From an uncultured delta proteobacterium (lineage in GTDB: Bacteria > Desulfobacterota > Desulfobaccia > Desulfobaccales > 0-14-0-80-60-11): a stretch of DNA of 64,000 bases. The notes beneath the pieces are model-generated. The model did no database searches and had not been told where the DNA came from. It saw only the letters and a program-made list of their open reading frames with translations. A program made the translations under genes and the position numbers. Within the stretch, counting starts at the first letter, position 1. Every line of letters starts with the position of its first letter. Below, piece after piece: positions 48,240 through 58,165 of the stretch. Location: positions 1,312,001 through 1,376,000 of the forward strand of contig CAWETI010000002.1 in the NCBI GenBank assembly GCA_963812015.1. The letters are read 5' to 3'.

Positions 48240-49670
48240 ATGGACATTCCACCGAAATCCGGAAACCGGAAACCGGAAACCGTACTCCCCGCCTCCGGCC
48301 GGGAGTACCTGGGCCTCAAGTCCATCATCGGGCCGCTCTTGGTGGTGGAAGGCGTCAGAGGGGTGGGGTTTGACGAAAGCGTGGAAGTCACCGCCCCCGA
48401 CGGCTCCCGCCAGACAGGCCGGGTACTGGCCGTGGGCAAGAATGAAGCGGTGATCGAGCTTTTCGGCGAGACCGTGGGCCTGTCCTTACAAAAGACCCGG
48501 GCGCGCTTCACTGGCAGCCCTCTGACGATTTCGGTGTCCACCGATCTTTTGGGGCGCATCTTCGACGGTATGGGCCAGCCCCTGGACGGCGGCCCCATGC
48601 CGGTGGGGGAGGCCAGCCGGGACATCAACGGCCAGCCCATCAACCCCACGGCCCGCACCTACCCCCAGGAGTTCATCCAAACGGGGATTTCGGCCATCGA
48701 CGGCATGAACACTTTGGTGCGGGGGCAGAAGCTCCCCATCTTCGCCATGAGCGGGCTGCCCCACAACGAGCTGGCGGCCCAAATCGTGCGCCAGGCCCGC
48801 CTCCTGGGGGAAGAAGAGGAGCGCTTCGCCATCGTGTTTGCGGCCATGGGGGTGCAGCACGACGTGGCCAACATCTTCCGTCAGTCCTTCGAGGCCAGCG
48901 GCGTCCTCAACAACGTGGTCATGTTCCTCAACCTGGCGAACGATCCGGCCATCGGACGCCTCATCACGCCCCGCCTGGCCCTGACGGTGGCGGAGTTCCT
49001 CGCTTTTGACAAGGATCACCACGTCCTGGCCATCCTCACGGACATGACCAACTACTGCGAGGCCTTGCGGGAAGTGGCCAGTTCCAAAGGCGAGGTGCCC
49101 AGCCGGAAAGGCTACCCCGGGTATCTGTACAGCGATCTCGCGTCCATCTATGAACGGGCCGGCAAGGTCGAAGGCCGCAAAGGGTCCATCACCCAGCTGC
49201 CCATGCTCACCATGCCCAACGACGATATCACGCACCCCATCCCGGACCTCACCGGGTACATCACCGAGGGGCAGATCGTGCTGGACCGGGGCCTGCACCA
49301 GCGGGGGATTTACCCGCCCATCAACGTGCTGCCGTCGCTGTCCAGGCTGATGAGCGACGGCATCGGAGGCGGCCGCACCCGGGAGGACCACAGCCACGTG
49401 TCTTCGCAACTCTACGCCGCCTACGACCACGCCCGGCGCATCCAGTCCCTGGCGGCCATCATCGGGGAAGACAGCTTGTCGACGGGGGATCGCCAGGTGC
49501 TCAATTTCGGCCGGGCCTTTGAAGAAAAGTTCCTGCGACAGCGGCCGGATGAAAACCGCACCATCACTCAGACCCTGGACCTGGCCTGGGAGATCCTCAA
49601 GGAATTGCCCCGGGGCGACCTCACCCGGGTGACGGAGGAGGAGATTGAGAAATTTGGGGGAAGGGGCTAG
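48240..49670 (+). CDS. A/V-type ATPase subunit B
   Basis: [58 protein letters not shown]. Confidence 0.97.
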   Translation: MDIPPKSGNRKPETVLPASGREYLGLKSIIGPLLVVEGVRGVGFDESVEVTAPDGSRQTGRVLAVGKNEAVIELFGETVGLSLQKTRARFTGSPLTISVSTDLLGRIFDGMGQPLDGGPMPVGEASRDINGQPINPTARTYPQEFIQTGISAIDGMNTLVRGQKLPIFAMSGLPHNELAAQIVRQARLLGEEEERFAIVFAAMGVQHDVANIFRQSFEASGVLNNVVMFLNLANDPAIGRLITPRLALTVAEFLAFDKDHHVLAILTDMTNYCEALREVASSKGEVPSRKGYPGYLYSDLASIYERAGKVEGRKGSITQLPMLTMPNDDITHPIPDLTGYITEGQIVLDRGLHQRGIYPPINVLPSLSRLMSDGIGGGRTREDHSHVSSQLYAAYDHARRIQSLAAIIGEDSLSTGDRQVLNFGRAFEEKFLRQRPDENRTITQTLDLAWEILKELPRGDLTRVTEEEIEKFGGRG

Positions 49671-49823
49671 GGGCTTTTTCGTTTTTTCGTAAATGTGGCC
49701 CTTACCCCTTCCCCCAAACCCCCATCCCCAACCCTGTACAGGGGGTTGGGAGGGGAGGGCGGGGGACTCTTACGAAACATGTCCCCCGGTCCTCCCCTCA
49801 AAACCATATTTCAAGAGGCAGCT

Positions 49824-50453
49824 ATGGCGCGCTTGAGCCTTCCCGCCACTAAAGGGAACCTTTTAAAGATCAAGGACGAGCATCTCCTGGCTAGTGAGGC
49901 CGTCACCTTCCTGGAGGAGAAGCGGGACCTGCTGTTGGGGGAATTGCTGCGGCTCCAGGGGCAGGCCGCCACTTTCCGGCGCCGGGTGGAGCAGGCCCTC
50001 AACGCCGCCTATGGCCATCTGGTGGAGGGTCTGCTCTCCCTGGGCCGGGAGGGCGTGGCCCGGGCCGCCCTGGGGGTCTCGGGCGAGGATCGGGTAGTGA
50101 TCAAGGACCGGGGTTTTTTGGGGATGCCCATGCCGGTGGTGGAATTTACTTCCGGGGAGCAGCGGCCCCAGATAAGTTTCGGGGGCACGGTCAGCGCCCT
50201 GGACGAGTGCCAACTGGCCATCCGGGAGGCCCTGGCCCCCCTGGCCGAACTGGCGGAGGTGGAGGCCATTCTCTGGCGGCTGGCCGAGGAGCTGAAACGG
50301 ACCGTGCGGCGCACCAATGCCTTGAATTATATGATCATCCCCACGTATCAAGAGACTATCCACTATCTGGAAGGCGCCCTGGAAGAACGGGAACGGGAAG
50401 GGTTATTTCATCTCAAGCGGGCCAAGGCCCGTAAAGCAGCCAGTAGCCAGTAG
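49824..50453 (+). CDS. A/V-type ATPase subunit D
   Basis: PATKGNL, LEEKRDLL, T.RRTNAL...IIP, LEERERE..F.LK. Confidence 0.93.
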   Translation: MARLSLPATKGNLLKIKDEHLLASEAVTFLEEKRDLLLGELLRLQGQAATFRRRVEQALNAAYGHLVEGLLSLGREGVARAALGVSGEDRVVIKDRGFLGMPMPVVEFTSGEQRPQISFGGTVSALDECQLAIREALAPLAELAEVEAILWRLAEELKRTVRRTNALNYMIIPTYQETIHYLEGALEEREREGLFHLKRAKARKAASSQ

Positions 50454-50657
50454 TCAGTGAAAGGGGACCGCTGGCGGCAAGTTATTTCAACCCCCTTCAC
50501 CTCAATCCTCTCCCCCTCAGGTGGGATGAGGAGGTGAGGCGAAAGCCAAGGTTATCCCATCACCCCAGAAGACCGGAACTGGGAGAGGCAGGTCGTGAAA
50601 TGGCATATACCGGCAACTGATTGCTGACAACTGACAACTAACAAAAGGGAGGGCAGG

Positions 50658-51107
50658 GTGGCGCAGATCACCAAAATTCTGGTACCCGTGGACGGCTCGG
50701 AGGCCTCCCTGGCGGCCCACCGCCTGGCCCTGGTGGCGGCCCGGGCCCTGGGGGCCGAAGTCATTTTGCTCTACGTAGTGGATTCTTCGGCCCTGGATGA
50801 AATCGTGCGCCTGTCCGGCCGGGAACGGCCCCACTTGTTGAGCGAGATGGAGGAGAGTGGCCAAAAGCTGCTCCTGTCCCTGAGTCAGGAGGCGCAGAAG
50901 CAGGGAGTTGCCGTCCGGGTGGACATCCAGACCGGTATGCCTGACGAAGTCATCCTGGACGAGGCCATCCGCCAGCAGGCCGGGTTGATCGTCATGGGCA
51001 AGATCGGCCGAAAAAGACACCGGCGGTCGCTTCTGGGCTCGGTAACGGAACGCATCCTGGAGGCGGCCGACCTGCCGGTGCTGGTGGTCAGCCCCAAGCA
51101 GCCCTGA
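50658..51107 (+). CDS. Universal stress protein
   Basis: KILVPVDGSEAS, LIVMG..G...LLGSVTER....PVLVV. Confidence 0.92.
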   Translation: MAQITKILVPVDGSEASLAAHRLALVAARALGAEVILLYVVDSSALDEIVRLSGRERPHLLSEMEESGQKLLLSLSQEAQKQGVAVRVDIQTGMPDEVILDEAIRQQAGLIVMGKIGRKRHRRSLLGSVTERILEAADLPVLVVSPKQP

Positions 51108-51329
51108 AGCTCACCCGGCTGCGGCAGGGCCCCGGGCCGGCGGTCGCGGTGGCAGCCTGGATGAGGGTCCAAAACCCTGGGCCGAGGAACCTGAGATCAA
51201 CGCAGCACATAATATCGACCTCCTCTGAGTATCCTTTTGCCTTGCGGCACGTTTCCCGGTAAAATGGGGACGGCTCGATGCAGGCCGAGAATTTCAGCAG
51301 TAGTGCCGCAGGCCGACGTGGAGGAGCGC

Positions 51330-52352
51330 ATGAAGATTACCCGGCGTCTTATTCCTATCATTCTGGTCGCAGTGGCGGTCGTGGGCGGCCTGGCCTACTG
51401 GCTGGTATGGTGGGAAACCCGGCAGTCCAACAATACCTTGCCTCTGCAAGGGCACCTGGAGGCCACCGAGACCGATCTGGCTTTCAAGGTTTCCGGCATC
51501 ATCCAGTACATTTTTTTTCAGGAGGGCGACTGGGTCTCCACGAACCAGGTGGTGGCCGGCCTGGAGGCCAAGGACCTCAGAGATGAGGTGGATCGGGCCC
51601 GGGCTGCCCTGGCTGCGTCGAAGGCCAACCTGGACAAGTTGGAGCACGGTTACCGGCCCCAGGAGATCAAAGAAGCCGAAACCCAGGTGGCCAAGACCAA
51701 GGCTGACCTGGTGAATAAGAAGCTGGATTATGAGCGGTACGAAAACCTCTATAAAAGAAAGGTCGCACCCGCCATCACCCGGGATAAGTTTGAGGCCGAT
51801 TACCTCATGGCCAAAGAGACTCACAAGAGTGCGGTGGAGCAATACAGCATGTTGAAGGAAGGCTACCGGGTGGAGGACATCAACCAGGGCCGGGGCCAGT
51901 TTAAAGAGGCCCAGGCCTCGCTGGAATTGGCTCTCACCCGGCTGGGGTACGGCACCATCAATTCCCCGGTGAACGGCGTGGTCCTGGTGCGGCCCATGGA
52001 GCCCGGCATGACCGCGGCGGTGGGGGCCCCGGTGCTCACCGTGGGAGATATGGACAATATCTATTTTCAGGGGTATATCCCGGAAACCGACCTGGCCAAG
52101 GTCAAATTCGGCATGAAGGCCTATGTCACCTCCGACACCTACCCGGGCAAGAAGTACCCTGCCTGGGTCTCCTTCATCAACTCCAAGGCGGAGTTCACCC
52201 CCAAGACGGTGGAAACCCAAAAAGAGCGGGTGACCCTGGTCTATCGCTGCAAGATCCGGGCGCAAAACCTCAACTACGAATTGAAGCCGGGGATGCCGGC
52301 GGAAGCGGTCATTCTCCTTGACAGCCAAGCAGCAGACCACCCCCAGCAGTGA
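51330..52352 (+). CDS. HlyD-family membrane fusion protein (YbhG-like)
   Basis: N-terminal TM; AFKVSG, EGD.V, SPVNG, AEFTPKTVET..ER..LVY, LKPGMPA. Confidence 0.9.
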   Translation: MKITRRLIPIILVAVAVVGGLAYWLVWWETRQSNNTLPLQGHLEATETDLAFKVSGIIQYIFFQEGDWVSTNQVVAGLEAKDLRDEVDRARAALAASKANLDKLEHGYRPQEIKEAETQVAKTKADLVNKKLDYERYENLYKRKVAPAITRDKFEADYLMAKETHKSAVEQYSMLKEGYRVEDINQGRGQFKEAQASLELALTRLGYGTINSPVNGVVLVRPMEPGMTAAVGAPVLTVGDMDNIYFQGYIPETDLAKVKFGMKAYVTSDTYPGKKYPAWVSFINSKAEFTPKTVETQKERVTLVYRCKIRAQNLNYELKPGMPAEAVILLDSQAADHPQQ

Positions 52353-53274
52353 ACCGGCCATTCGAGTCGAAGGGCTGACCAAACGGTTCGGGACCCTTAC
52401 CGCAGTGGATCACCTCACTCTTGCGGTGTCGCCGGGAGAGGCCTTTGCCTTGGTGGGGCCGGATGCCGCCGGCAAGACCACCACCATCCGCATGCTCGTG
52501 GGCATCATGGACCCGGACGAAGGCCGGGCCGCGGTCCTGGGTTTCGACACGGTGAAGGAATCGGAGGCTCTCAAGGAGCAGATCGGTTATATGCCCCAGC
52601 GCTTCGGTCTCTACGACGACCTGACCGTGGCCGAGAACATGGTTTTCTATGCCGATATCTATGGGGTGTCCCGGGCAGAACGGGCCGAGCGGATGCCCGA
52701 GCTCCTGGGCTTTTCCAACCTCACCCCCTTCCAGGACCGGCTGGCCCGCAATCTCTCCGGGGGGATGCGCCAGAAGTTGGGTCTGGCCTGCGCCCTCATC
52801 CATAGGCCCCGGCTGCTGTTTCTGGACGAGCCCACCTTCGGGGTGGACCCTATCTCCCGGCGGGAGTTCTGGGAGATCCTCTACCGGCTCCTGGGCACCG
52901 GCCTTACCATCTTCCTGTCCACCGCCTACATGGATGAAGCCGAACGGGCGCACCGGGTCGGCCTGATACATCGCGGCCGGTTACTGGTGGTGGACACGCC
53001 CAAGGCCATCAAGGCCTCCTTTGCGGGGGAACTCCTGGAGACCCGGGCTTCCAACCTGTGGACGGCCAGAAAAGTGTTGAACGCCAACCCCCTGGTGCAT
53101 CTCTCCCTGGCCATGGGGGACCGGCTGATGGTGACGGTGGACGACGCCGCGGCGGCCATGGGTCCCCTCCAGGAGGTTCTGGAGCAAGCCGGCCTCACCG
53201 AGGTGTCCCTGGCGCGGGCCAACCCCGACCTGGAGGATCTCTTCGTCCAGATTGTGCGCCGGGGGGAGAAGTGA
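52318..53274 (+). CDS. ABC-2 exporter ATP-binding protein 1
   Basis: GPDAAGKTT, GYMPQRFGLY, LSGGMRQKL, LDEPT.GVDP.SRREFW, STAYMDEAE. Confidence 0.92.
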   Translation: MTAKQQTTPSSEPAIRVEGLTKRFGTLTAVDHLTLAVSPGEAFALVGPDAAGKTTTIRMLVGIMDPDEGRAAVLGFDTVKESEALKEQIGYMPQRFGLYDDLTVAENMVFYADIYGVSRAERAERMPELLGFSNLTPFQDRLARNLSGGMRQKLGLACALIHRPRLLFLDEPTFGVDPISRREFWEILYRLLGTGLTIFLSTAYMDEAERAHRVGLIHRGRLLVVDTPKAIKASFAGELLETRASNLWTARKVLNANPLVHLSLAMGDRLMVTVDDAAAAMGPLQEVLEQAGLTEVSLARANPDLEDLFVQIVRRGEK

Positions 53275-53356
53275 AGAGAAGGGGCGAAAAGGGAAGGGCC
53301 TAAGGCAATTTTTTGCAGGACAGGCACAGGTGGGTAACCAGAATTTTAAAAGATAC

Positions 53357-54292
53357 ATGACAGACGACAAAGCCATTGTGGTCAAAAATCTTTCCCGACA
53401 TTTCGGGGACTTCAAGGCGGTGGACAACATCAGCTTTGAGGTCTCCCGGGGGGAGATCTTTGGCTTCCTGGGACCCAACGGGGCGGGCAAATCCACCACC
53501 ATCCGCATGCTCAACGGGCTTCTCTTGCCCACCAGCGGCGAAGGCCGGGTGGGGGGGTTCGACATCATCCGGGAGAACGCCCGGATCAAAACCCATATCG
53601 GTTGCATGTCCCAGCGCTTCTCCCTCTATGAAGACCTGACCGGGGAGGAAAACCTCAGCTTTTTCGGGGGCGTCTACGGCCTCGCCCCGGATCGTCTCAA
53701 GGGGCGCATTACCGAAGTGCTGACCGAGGTGGGACTGGAGGACCGCCGCCACGACTTGACCCAGACCCTGCCCCTGGGCCTGAAGCAGCGGCTGGCCCTG
53801 GCCTCGGCCATCATCCACCGGCCTTCCATCCTGTTTTTGGATGAGGCCACCAGCGGGGTGGACCCCATATCCCGGCGCAATTTTTGGGACCTGATCTACG
53901 CCATGGCCCAGGAGGGCCGGACTATTTTGGTCACCACCCACCACATGGAGGAGGCGGAGTTCTGTGACCGGCTGGTGCTGATCTACCAGGGGCGCATCAT
54001 CGCCCAGGGCACCCCCAGCGAGCTCAAAGGGGAAGTGAAGGAGGCGATCCTGGCGGTTTACCCCGACCAACTGCACAGCGCCCTGGATTTGATCAAGCAG
54101 TTGCCCCAGGTGGCCGAGGCCGCGGTGTTCGGGGACGGCCTCCATATCGCCACCACCCGGCCCGAGGAAACCGAACCGGCCATTCAAGACACCCTGACGG
54201 CCCATCACATCGCCTTTGGCCGTATCGAGCGGGTGCAGCCCAGCCTGGAAGACGCCTTCATCTCCCTGGTGCAGCGGGCGGAAGGGGCGTAA
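53357..54292 (+). CDS. ABC-2 exporter ATP-binding protein 2
   Basis: GPNGAGKST, degenerate signature LPLGLKQRL, LDEATSGVDP, TTHHMEEAE. Confidence 0.92.
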   Translation: MTDDKAIVVKNLSRHFGDFKAVDNISFEVSRGEIFGFLGPNGAGKSTTIRMLNGLLLPTSGEGRVGGFDIIRENARIKTHIGCMSQRFSLYEDLTGEENLSFFGGVYGLAPDRLKGRITEVLTEVGLEDRRHDLTQTLPLGLKQRLALASAIIHRPSILFLDEATSGVDPISRRNFWDLIYAMAQEGRTILVTTHHMEEAEFCDRLVLIYQGRIIAQGTPSELKGEVKEAILAVYPDQLHSALDLIKQLPQVAEAAVFGDGLHIATTRPEETEPAIQDTLTAHHIAFGRIERVQPSLEDAFISLVQRAEGA

Positions 54293-54412
54293 AGCAGCTG
54301 TCAGCAATCAGCTAAAAGCAGGAAAAATCCTTAAGGAAAAAAGCGGATAATTAAAAAAACCGAAAACCGAAAACAAGAAGCTGAAAGCTGACCGCTGAAA
54401 GCTGAGAGCTAT
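54293..54412. repeat. Inverted heptamer arrays
   Basis: gtcagcaatcagc ... gaaaaccgaaaac ... gctgaaagctgaccgctgaaagctgagagct. Confidence 0.7.
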
Positions 54413-54417
54413 AAGCC

Positions 54418-55551
54418 ATGGACCTCAACCGTACCTGGGCCATTTCCCGGAAAGAACTGATTCACATCCGGCGGGACCCCATCAGCCTCCTCCAGATCAT
54501 CCTGCTGCCGGTGGTGCTCCTCTTGCTTTACGGCTATGCCCTCACCTTCGACATCAAGAACGTCACCATCGCGGTTTACGACCAGGAAGGCAGCCAGCTC
54601 AGCCAAGATTTCATCAACCGCTTCCGGGGCACCGAATACTTCCGGTTGGAGAAGTTTACCAATAATTACCAAGAGTTGAAGCGTCTGATCACGGAGCGCC
54701 AAGTCCAGGTGGGACTCATGCTTCCCTATGATTTTTCCTGGCAGTATCAGACGGGGAAGACCGCTAAGGGGCAGGCCTTGGTGGACGGCACCGACTCCAA
54801 CACCGCCAACATCGTCCTGGGTTACATCCAGGCGGTGACCTCGGCTTACAATCAGAAACTCCTGGAGCAGCGGGTCACCGCCAAGGGGCCGGGCCGCAAC
54901 GAAATGCCGGTGGACTCCCAGACCCGCTTCTGGTTCAACGAGGACCTGGAGTCTCGCAACTATATCGTCCCCGGCCTGATTGCGGTCATCATGACGGTGG
55001 TGGGGGCCCTGCTCACCTCCCTGACGGTAGTGCGGGAACTGGAGCGGGGCAGCATGGAGGGCCTGATGGCCACCCCCCTCAAGCGGACGGAACTCCTGCT
55101 GGGGAAACTCGGTCCCTATTTCATCATTGGTATGTTCGATATGGCCGTGGTCTTGGCCATGGGCAAGTTCCTCTTTCAAGTGCCTTTAAGGGGTAGCCCC
55201 TTGCTGTTGATCGCCATGGCGGCGGTTTTCCTGGTCGCCACCCTGGGGCAGGGGTTGCTCATTTCGGTGACCTCCCAAAACCAGTTGCAGGCCTTCCAGA
55301 TGGCCATGCTCACCACCTTCTTGCCGTCGTTTCTCCTGTCCGGCTTTGTGTTCTCCATTTACCTGATGCCCTTGCCCCTGCAGATCGCTTCCTATATCGT
55401 GCCGGCCCGGTACCTGGTGGCCATTGCCAAGGGCATCTACCTCAAGGGCCTGGGAATTCGCTATTTGTGGCCCAGCGCCTTGATGCTGGCCGGGGCCGCC
55501 ACGTTTTTCGTGGTCATGTCCATCAAGAAGTTTGTCAAGAAGATCAGGTGA
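54418..55551 (+). CDS. ABC-2 exporter permease (YbhS-like)
   Basis: KELIHIRRDP, YGYA..FDI, VPGLI, RELERGSMEGL..TP, LLSGF. Confidence 0.92.
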   Translation: MDLNRTWAISRKELIHIRRDPISLLQIILLPVVLLLLYGYALTFDIKNVTIAVYDQEGSQLSQDFINRFRGTEYFRLEKFTNNYQELKRLITERQVQVGLMLPYDFSWQYQTGKTAKGQALVDGTDSNTANIVLGYIQAVTSAYNQKLLEQRVTAKGPGRNEMPVDSQTRFWFNEDLESRNYIVPGLIAVIMTVVGALLTSLTVVRELERGSMEGLMATPLKRTELLLGKLGPYFIIGMFDMAVVLAMGKFLFQVPLRGSPLLLIAMAAVFLVATLGQGLLISVTSQNQLQAFQMAMLTTFLPSFLLSGFVFSIYLMPLPLQIASYIVPARYLVAIAKGIYLKGLGIRYLWPSALMLAGAATFFVVMSIKKFVKKIR

Positions 55552-55722
55552 GGGGAGCGGTTAGCAGTTAGTTTAAAAGATGAAAGAAGATGACAAGACG
55601 ACAAAGGGAAGTTAAACCGCCATTCGAGGTGGTAGTAGATGAATATCTTAAAAAATGCCGTGTCAGGTCCATCTTACTGTTTCACGTGCTGACAGCTAAC
55701 AGCTAACGGCTAAGAGCTACCC

Positions 55723-56859
55723 ATGTTTCGTCGCATCCGACACATCATCATCAAAGAATTCATCCAGGTCTTGCGGGACAAGAAGCTCCGCTTTTTCCTC
55801 ATTGTGCCGCCTCTGGTGCAGCTGCTCACCTATGGCTACGTGGTCAACTTCGACATCAAGCATGTGGCCCTGGCCGTGTTCGATGAAAGCCACTCCATGG
55901 AGTCCCGGCAGCTCATCGATCGGTTCGCCTCCAATGACTGGTTCAATGTGAAGTACTTTGTTAAGAGCCAGAAGGAGTTGCTGCACCTCATCGACCGGGG
56001 CGACATCACCATGGCCCTGTGGGTCCAGTGGGATTTCGCCACCCGGATGCGCCAGGGCAAGTCGGGCCGGCTCCAGGTGATCGTGGACGCCACCGACTCC
56101 AATGCCGCCCTCATCGTCAACCGTTATGCCGGCACGGTGATCGCCGATTATAACCAACAGCAGATGGACCAGCGGTTTGCCCGCCAGGGGCAGGAGTGGA
56201 CGGGCCAGATCAGCGTTCCCCTGGACATGGAGTCCCGGGCCTGGTTCAACCCCAATCTCATCAGCCGCTACTCCATGATTCCCGGGGTTATCGCCATGGT
56301 GGTGCTACTGATCAGCCTGATGCTGACCGCCCTGTCGGTGGTGCGGGAAAAAGAGATCGGCACCATGGAGCAGATCCTGGTGACCCCCATCCGGCCCATC
56401 GAGTTGATGCTGGGCAAGACCATCCCCTTTGTCATCATCTCCATGCTGGAAGTGGTCATGGTCACCGTGGTGGGGATTGTTTGGTTTGAGGTGCCGTTTC
56501 ACGGCAGCATCCTGGTGCTCCTCCTGGGCACCCTGGCCTTTCTCTTTAACTCCGTGGGGCTGGGGCTGCTCATTTCCACGGTCTCTTCCACCCAGCAGCA
56601 GGCGATGATGGCCGGCAACCTGTTTTTGACCCCGGCCATTCTTTTGTCCGGGCTGGTCTTTCCCATTGCCAACATGCCGGTATTCTTCCAGTACCTGACG
56701 CTGCTGAATCCCTTAATGTACTTCATCATCGTGACCCAGGGGGTCTTTCTCAAGGGCGCCGGGCTGGCCCTCCTGTGGCCTCAAATGACGGCCATGACCG
56801 TCCTGGGCCTGGGCATGCTGGCCCTGGCCGTGGCCCGCTTCAAGGTCCATATCGCCTGA
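55723..56859 (+). CDS. ABC-2 exporter permease (YbhR-like)
   Basis: KEFIQVLRD, WFNPNL, VVREKEIGTMEQILVTP, LSG..FPI.NMP. Confidence 0.92.
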   Translation: MFRRIRHIIIKEFIQVLRDKKLRFFLIVPPLVQLLTYGYVVNFDIKHVALAVFDESHSMESRQLIDRFASNDWFNVKYFVKSQKELLHLIDRGDITMALWVQWDFATRMRQGKSGRLQVIVDATDSNAALIVNRYAGTVIADYNQQQMDQRFARQGQEWTGQISVPLDMESRAWFNPNLISRYSMIPGVIAMVVLLISLMLTALSVVREKEIGTMEQILVTPIRPIELMLGKTIPFVIISMLEVVMVTVVGIVWFEVPFHGSILVLLLGTLAFLFNSVGLGLLISTVSSTQQQAMMAGNLFLTPAILLSGLVFPIANMPVFFQYLTLLNPLMYFIIVTQGVFLKGAGLALLWPQMTAMTVLGLGMLALAVARFKVHIA

Positions 56860-57019
56860 GGCGAGAAGATGGCAGACCGAAGAATTTGCTTGGCGGTGGC
56901 GGAGAGGCACACTATAATTGGCTAATTGGGCCGGCTGAGCCCGAATCACAGTTCTGGCGCCGTTTGGACTGGTTCACTATGAAGCCTGTCCCGGTAAAAC
57001 CTTGAGACAGCAATCCTCC

Positions 57020-58147
57020 ATGATCAGCTCCCGAAAATATCGCGGTTTTCAGTCTGGGCCCCTGGCCTGGTTAGTCCTGCTGCTGACTGTTCCCCTCATG
57101 ATGGCCTCCTGTTCCGAGCAGAAGAAACCCCCGCCCCCGCCGATGCCGGTCCTGGTGGCTACGGTGACGGAGAAGACGGTGCCCGTGGAGTTGAAGGCCA
57201 TCGCCAACGTGGAGGCTTACTCCACCGTGTCCATCAAGTCCCGGCTGGCCGGTCAGCTGGTCCAGGTGAATTTTAAGGAAGGCCAGGACGTCAAAGAAGG
57301 CGAACTCCTCTTCGTCATCGATCCTCGCCCTTATGAAGCCGCCCTCAAACAGGTGGAAGCCAACCTGGTCCGGGATAAAGCCCTGGCCACCAAGGCCAAG
57401 ACGGACGCGGTGCGCTATGCCGAACTGATTAGGAAACAGTTTGTCAGCCAACAGGATTATGACCAGGCCAAGGCCACCGCCGACTCCCTGGGGGCCACGG
57501 TTAACGCCGATGAAGTGGCAGTGCAAAATGCCAGGCTTAATTTGAGTTATTGTTATATCAAGGCCCCCCTTAGCGGCCGCACCGGCAGCCTGATCGCGCA
57601 GCAGGGGAACATGATCAAGGACAACGCCGATATCGCCATGGTGGTCATCAACCAGATACAGCCCATCTACGTGTCGTTTGCCATCCCGGAACAAAACCTG
57701 GCGGAAATCCGGAAGTACATGGCGGTGGGAAAGGTGCCGGTGGAGGCCGTCATCGCCGGGCAGGAGGACAACCCCGAGGTGGGGGTCCTCAGCTTTATCG
57801 ATAACACCGTGGACAAGGCCACGGGGACCATCTTGTGTAAAGCCACCTTTGCCAACGAGCACAAGCGTCTGTGGCCCGGCCTGTTCGTCAACGTGGTGGT
57901 GAAGCTCTCCAGCCAGCCCCACGCCATCCTGGTTCCGTCCCCGGCCCTGCAGACGAGCCAGGAAGGCCAGATCGTTTTCGTGGTGAAACCCGATCTCACG
58001 GTGGAGGTCCGCCGGGTGGAAGTGGACCGGAGCCTTGGTGGCGAGACCATCATCAAGCAGGGACTCACGCCCGGGGAACAGGTGGTGACCGACGGCCAGC
58101 TCCGCTTGGTGCCGGGAGCCAAGGTCCAGATCAAGACCGGGCTCTAA
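57020..58147 (+). CDS. RND efflux periplasmic adaptor (MdtA-like)
   Basis: FKEGQDVKEGELLF.IDPRPY, IKAPLSGR.G, IDNTVD..TGTI, LWPG.FV, GL.PGE.VVTDG. Confidence 0.93.
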   Translation: MISSRKYRGFQSGPLAWLVLLLTVPLMMASCSEQKKPPPPPMPVLVATVTEKTVPVELKAIANVEAYSTVSIKSRLAGQLVQVNFKEGQDVKEGELLFVIDPRPYEAALKQVEANLVRDKALATKAKTDAVRYAELIRKQFVSQQDYDQAKATADSLGATVNADEVAVQNARLNLSYCYIKAPLSGRTGSLIAQQGNMIKDNADIAMVVINQIQPIYVSFAIPEQNLAEIRKYMAVGKVPVEAVIAGQEDNPEVGVLSFIDNTVDKATGTILCKATFANEHKRLWPGLFVNVVVKLSSQPHAILVPSPALQTSQEGQIVFVVKPDLTVEVRRVEVDRSLGGETIIKQGLTPGEQVVTDGQLRLVPGAKVQIKTGL

Positions 58148-58165
58148 GCAGCCCGGGGCGCCCCT

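Noticed and set aside
49695..49823. Long N-terminal extensions in the ORF track (subunit D, pabB, ccsA, HIT, GcvH-like, HlyD)
   Set aside because: They run through repeats or neighbouring genes; downstream starts fit the RBS and homology better
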